DNA of 36,216 nucleotides from Octopus bimaculoides (taxonomy: Eukaryota): assembly GCF_001194135.2 (NCBI RefSeq), contig NC_069000.1:284070-320285 (forward strand), read 5' to 3'. The notes under the pieces are model-generated. The model was not told the DNA's origin. It saw nothing but the letters and a program-made list of their open reading frames with translations, and searched no databases. Shown here one piece after another: positions 31,509 through 36,216 of this stretch; positions within the stretch are counted from its first letter, which is position 1; every line of letters begins with the position of its first letter. Both the position numbers and the translations under genes were made by a program.

Positions 31509-32524
31509 CAGAATAGTAGTAGTAGTAGTAATAGTAAGTTTCACCTTTCGATCTTAAGTCTCTGCTTTATCAGAAAAAAAAAAAGTCTCACAGCTGAAGT
31601 TATTTTAAGGGAAGTAACTTATTCATAAAAGCCTAAAATAATTTAGAGTGATCTCTCTTGGAAGATTTTTTTTTTCCATCATTTCTTTTACTAGTAGCAG
31701 TCATTGAACTGCGGCCAAGCTGGGGCACTGGACTCAAGTGCTTTCAGCGATTGTAACAACACCGGAAAAAGAAACGGCAACATCTATCTGATAATACACG
31801 AGCATAACAATTCTAACGTATTTTTGTTCTACTTTTTCTTGATTGTAATCCTCTCACACTACACACACCAGTGTTACAGACTCCTGCCACTTTTACCTCG
31901 TGCCTCTCCCTTCGCAGGATTCCCTTGTACTTTTTAAAGTCGACCTTCTTAAAATAAATTTCTTCAATTTTTTCACCAGCCGCAAAATTCATTTTCTTTT
32001 CCCACGTTAATTTTTTCCGTCTTCTGGTCAGCAATATTCAAACTTCTGAGTAATTCTTCTCCAGAAGTCGTCACGTCTGAATAATTCAAATCTTCATGCA
32101 TTACGAAGACACAGATAATGCGCTTCCTCCTTCAAACTAGGGGGATAGCGTTAACAAAACTGCTGTAAAGCAGCAAAAACAAGTGTCTCAAGACACAACA
32201 ATTAATGACAAATATAATTCCTGTTCAAGAACCCTTCACTAATCTCAAAGATGACGAATAAACAAAATTCATGACCAACTCGGTCACAGATGATTGCACA
32301 ACCGTGGGAAAAATACCAATGTGGGCAAATCTATGTTTGTATTATCAGAAGATTGCAAAAAAAGTGTTTAAAAAAATTCAAAACTCTACAAAAGCCCGAT
32401 ACAAATTCTTCGCGGTTCAAAATCTTGCTTACTTTTTACACACGCACGCACGCGAAGAATAATAATAAATGGAGCAAAACGCATATAATCAATAGGTTCC
32501 TTTAATTCCTACATATGTTTCAAA

Positions 32525-32717
32525 ATATATGTGCACTCTACTGCAAGGAAGTAAGAGGTGCTGGAATTCCACATAAATTCATCGTCAGGGAACCAGCTTA
32601 CAAAAAGCAAGACATGTGCTAAATGCTAAGGTTGCTTTTTGTATGTTGGTTCCCTGAAGATGAATTTACGTGCAATTCCAGCCCCTCTTACTTCTTTGGA
32701 GTCGAGTGCACATATAT
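32525..32717. mobile_element. Fold-back (palindromic) element, probably a MITE
   Basis: 86-bp inverted arms (32525-32610 and 32632-32717) with 9 mismatches and a 21-nt spacer; ATATAT at both ends. Confidence 0.8.
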
Positions 32718-32779
32718 CAAGTGAACGTATCATTCATTGCTTCCTATATCCCGAAGGTAGAATATCGTCTTCGTAAATG

Positions 32780-33085
32780 ACAACTGGCACTCCGTTGGTG
32801 ATGTCGACGAAGGTTCTAGTTGCTCCTGAAATTAATGTGCAAGTGGCTGAGCACTCCACAGACACGCGTACTTCTCACGAAGTTCTCAGGGAGAGTCAGT
32901 GTGACACAGAGTTTGACAAGGTCAGCCTTTTGAATTACAGATACTACTCATTTTTGCCAGCTGAGTGAATTGGAGCAACATGAAATAAAGTGTCTTGCTC
33001 AGAGACACAACGCGCCGCCAAGTATCGAACTCATGTCCTGACGATCGTGCGCCGAATACCTTAACCACGTAACCACGCGCCTTCA
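32780..33085 (-). mobile_element. tRNA-derived SINE (family 3), near full length
   Basis: The minus strand reads gaaggcgcgtggttacgtggttaagg (A-box-like)...gagttcgatact (B-box)...gtgtctctgagcaagacactttatttc (CORE-like), then the tail. Confidence 0.78.
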
Positions 33086-33295
33086 CTCGGAGTACATGGC
33101 ATTGACAAGCCACAATTGCGACGAAACACGTCTGTAATTTTTGGAATTCTTTTTGTGACAACGTTTACCTCGTTCTGATAAATATTGAATTTTTAACACA
33201 AATCTATGAAGAAAGTTTCTCAAAGAAGAAAAAACAGCATCATGTCTTTCAATAGTTTATATACTTTTAGTATCTCTGGCAGACGATGGCTTTCA

Positions 33296-33507
33296 NNNNN
33301 NNNNNNNNNNNNNNNNNNNNNNNNNNNNNNNNNNNNNNNNNNNNNNNNNNNNNNNNNNNNNNNNNNNNNNNNNNNNNNNNNNNNNNNNNNNNNNNNNNNN
33401 NNNNNNNNNNNNNNNNNNNNNNNNNNNNNNNNNNNNNNNNNNNNNNNNNNNNNNNNNNNNNNNNNNNNNNNNNNNNNNNNNNNNNNNNNNNNNNNNNNNN
33501 NNNNNNN
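33296..33507. other. Assembly gap (N run)
   Basis: N run. Confidence 1.
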
Positions 33508-33611
33508 AAAACAAAGCATAACACACATAAAAAAGATTGGTTGAAACGGGCAACGTTGAAAATAGAGCAAACACAAGGAGCGATACGCTTTGGTGATTCA
33601 ACAGCAACAAC

Positions 33612-33833
33612 AATAATAATAGTATCAAATTTTGCCACCAGGGCAAGAATTGGCGGGGAGGGGACTAGTCGATTACATTGACCCCAGTGTTTCACTGAAA
33701 CTTAATTTATCAACCCCGAAAGGATGAAAGGTAACATTGACGCCGGCGGAATTTGAACTCAGAACGTAGCGACGGGCGAAATACCGCTAAGCATTTCGTC
33801 CGGCATAGCTAACGATGCTGCCACCTCGTCGCC
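33612..33833 (-). mobile_element. Family-2 SINE
   Basis: Reverse complement closely matches 9308-9528 (ccccgaaaggatgaaagg, ggaatttgaactcagaacgta, ataccgctaagcatttc). Confidence 0.85.
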
Positions 33834-34917
33834 TTCAACAACAACAACAACGACAATGACAATAATAATGATAATAATAACAACAACAACAACAACAAAT
33901 CATCGTGGTTTTTGAATTTGTTTTATATCATGAAATTTATGGCTTTTATAACACAGAAATTGACGGATGACGGACCAGAAATTACACACACACAGACACA
34001 TACACACACACACTCTCACACACACGCACGCACATACACACATACATACAGATACGCACGCACACAAACTTATTGTTATCATTTAATGTACAAAATAAGC
34101 TGCGAGATACAATGTAATATAACTTTACAAAGAGAATAAAAATAGGATAGAAAGCTGCGACATGGCAAACATGTGGGGTAAAAACAAATACATCCCCGCC
34201 CCACAAAATGAGATAAAATAGGCTTTGGGTAAACATTTCTTGCAGAAAATAATAAGCCTGAAACTTTATAAATTATCTCTCAATAAATTACCTCCTCTGT
34301 CTATCATTGTGGTCTATTTGTTGTTGCATTTTATCTAAGGTCAGGATTGGAGAAGGGAAAGGGACTATGTTATTTCAGAACTGGATTTGTTTGTTTGGCG
34401 AACGATTTGATCTTAAACAATTACAAAGTTGTAGAGTCAGGATAACCGTTTAAAAGACTAGTGTGTTTAGTGACATACAATTTAGTTTTAATATGTGAAA
34501 GTATCCTAAAAATTTTCTTTTTAAATGTATTAACACAGTTTTAAAAGACTTCGTGGCTATTTGACCAAAACATTATATCACACATACTCAACCTGGCTGA
34601 CACATTTAAGAACTAAAAAGAAACAAGAATGTTATTTTCAAAAGGAATATCATTGCATTTAGAAAACAAGGTGTCCGTCCACAACATGCAAGGTCTTCGT
34701 TCCATTTGCTGCAGATAACAAAAAAAAACAAACTCTGAGACGAAACTTGATAATAGGTTCACTCGCATCGATACGTTGTGGACTGGGAGAAGATATCTGA
34801 CTGCACCTGGTCTATGTCAAGTTTTCAACAACAGTATGGTTTCATGCCAGTTTCGAATGATAGAATAAAGACTTGAAACACTGGACCTTATGAATATATA
34901 TATATATGCATATATAA

Positions 34918-34954
<37 letters not shown>

Positions 34955-35648
34955 NNNNNNNNNNNNNNNNNNNNNNNNNNNNNNNNNNNNNNNNNNNNNN
35001 NNNNNNNNNNNNNNNNNNNNNNNNNNNNNNNNNNNNNNNNNNNNNNNNNNNNNNNNNNNNNNNNNNNNNNNNNNNNNNNNNNNNNNNNNNNNNNNNNNNN
35101 NNNNNNNNNNNNNNNNNNNNNNNNNNNNNNNNNNNNNNNNNNNNNNNNNNNNNNNNNNNNNNNNNNNNNNNNNNNNNNNNNNNNNNNNNNNNNNNNNNNN
35201 NNNNNNNNNNNNNNNNNNNNNNNNNNNNNNNNNNNNNNNNNNNNNNNNNNNNNNNNNNNNNNNNNNNNNNNNNNNNNNNNNNNNNNNNNNNNNNNNNNNN
35301 NNNNNNNNNNNNNNNNNNNNNNNNNNNNNNNNNNNNNNNNNNNNNNNNNNNNNNNNNNNNNNNNNNNNNNNNNNNNNNNNNNNNNNNNNNNNNNNNNNNN
35401 NNNNNNNNNNNNNNNNNNNNNNNNNNNNNNNNNNNNNNNNNNNNNNNNNNNNNNNNNNNNNNNNNNNNNNNNNNNNNNNNNNNNNNNNNNNNNNNNNNNN
35501 NNNNNNNNNNNNNNNNNNNNNNNNNNNNNNNNNNNNNNNNNNNNNNNNNNNNNNNNNNNNNNNNNNNNNNNNNNNNNNNNNNNNNNNNNNNNNNNNNNNN
35601 NNNNNNNNNNNNNNNNNNNNNNNNNNNNNNNNNNNNNNNNNNNNNNNN
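34955..35648. other. Assembly gap (N run) flanked by (TA)n
   Basis: N run. Confidence 1.
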
Positions 35649-35681
<33 letters not shown>

Positions 35682-35697
35682 GCGTGTATACTTAGTG

Positions 35698-36055
35698 GGA
35701 GGCATAGTTGTGTGGCTAAGAACCTAAGAACTTCGCAAGTCTGTGGTTCTAGGTTCGATACCCCTTTCTCTGAATGACAGCTAAGGGAGATGTCTTCTAT
35801 CATAGCTTCTGATTAACCAATACCTTGTGAGTAGAATATAGTAGACGGAAAAATCTTCGATAACCCGTATAAATGTGTGTGTGTGTCTGCATGCACGTAT
35901 GTATGTGTGTTTAAGTTTTCACCGTCTATTAACCGGTGTTGCTGCAGTAACAGCAGTAACCTGCAGGTTCGACAAATAGATATCGATGAAATAGGTACTG
36001 ACACTAAACCTTGGAAAACAATGTCCTACCTTGACCGCAATTCAATGATTGAAAT
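35698..36055 (+). mobile_element. Degraded family-1 SINE
   Basis: ggcatagttgtgtggctaag head, ggttcgatacc B-box, gatgtcttctatcatagc...ccttgtgagt...gtagacggaaa, (TG)n and tail. Confidence 0.6.
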
Positions 36056-36099
36056 CAGTTTATGTAAATATATGTGCTTGTGTACGTATATGTATGTAG

Positions 36100-36216
<117 letters not shown>

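Noticed and set aside
31975-32140. Minus-strand open stretch MHEDLNYSDVTTSGEELLRSLNIADQKTEKINVGKENEFCG ending at a possible GTGAAA donor
   Set aside because: No convincing acceptor, an upstream in-frame stop, and no recognisable protein family.
32290-32505. ORF with CGQIYVCIIR, resembling Helitron/Pif1 motif HGQLYVA.SR
   Set aside because: Only a few residues match, and no other helicase motifs flank it.

Overview
Eukaryotic, repeat-rich and AT-rich genomic DNA with four assembly gaps. The SINE and microsatellite content resembles a coleoid cephalopod, probably Octopus; this is recalled similarity, not a database result. None of the supplied ORFs is a credible gene by itself. The real gene is spliced and the ORF track catches only pieces of it: a + strand multi-repeat beta-thymosin/WH2 gene with coding exons 22625-22733, 25071-25184, 27927-28040, 29026-29139 and 30213-30241. 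It encodes a 159-aa protein with four repeats: MTTTSPRPFLDEIKTTKKDDLQHIDVQEKTALPTKT DIVKEKSEQELRSSIGSFDKTKLNPTETQEKINLPDKT EIDQEKTEQELRSNITEFDKNQLKHANVEEKNPLPDKD TIKQEKTEQELKASINKFDKADLKCTKTCEKGVLPTKA DIAEEKGTA. All coding introns are GT-AG and phase 1, and the three internal exons are each 114 nt, so repeat number can be varied by splicing. Notable details: the exon-2 splice donor sits inside what looks like a retroposon copy; a disabled 129-bp duplicate of that donor lies 364 bp upstream; there is a candidate alternative terminal exon; repeat 4 carries a Cys pair; every repeat keeps the sequestering-type lysine; and a CpG-depleted domain matches the inferred gene span. The rest is tRNA-derived SINEs, RTE LINE remnants, MITEs and microsatellites.
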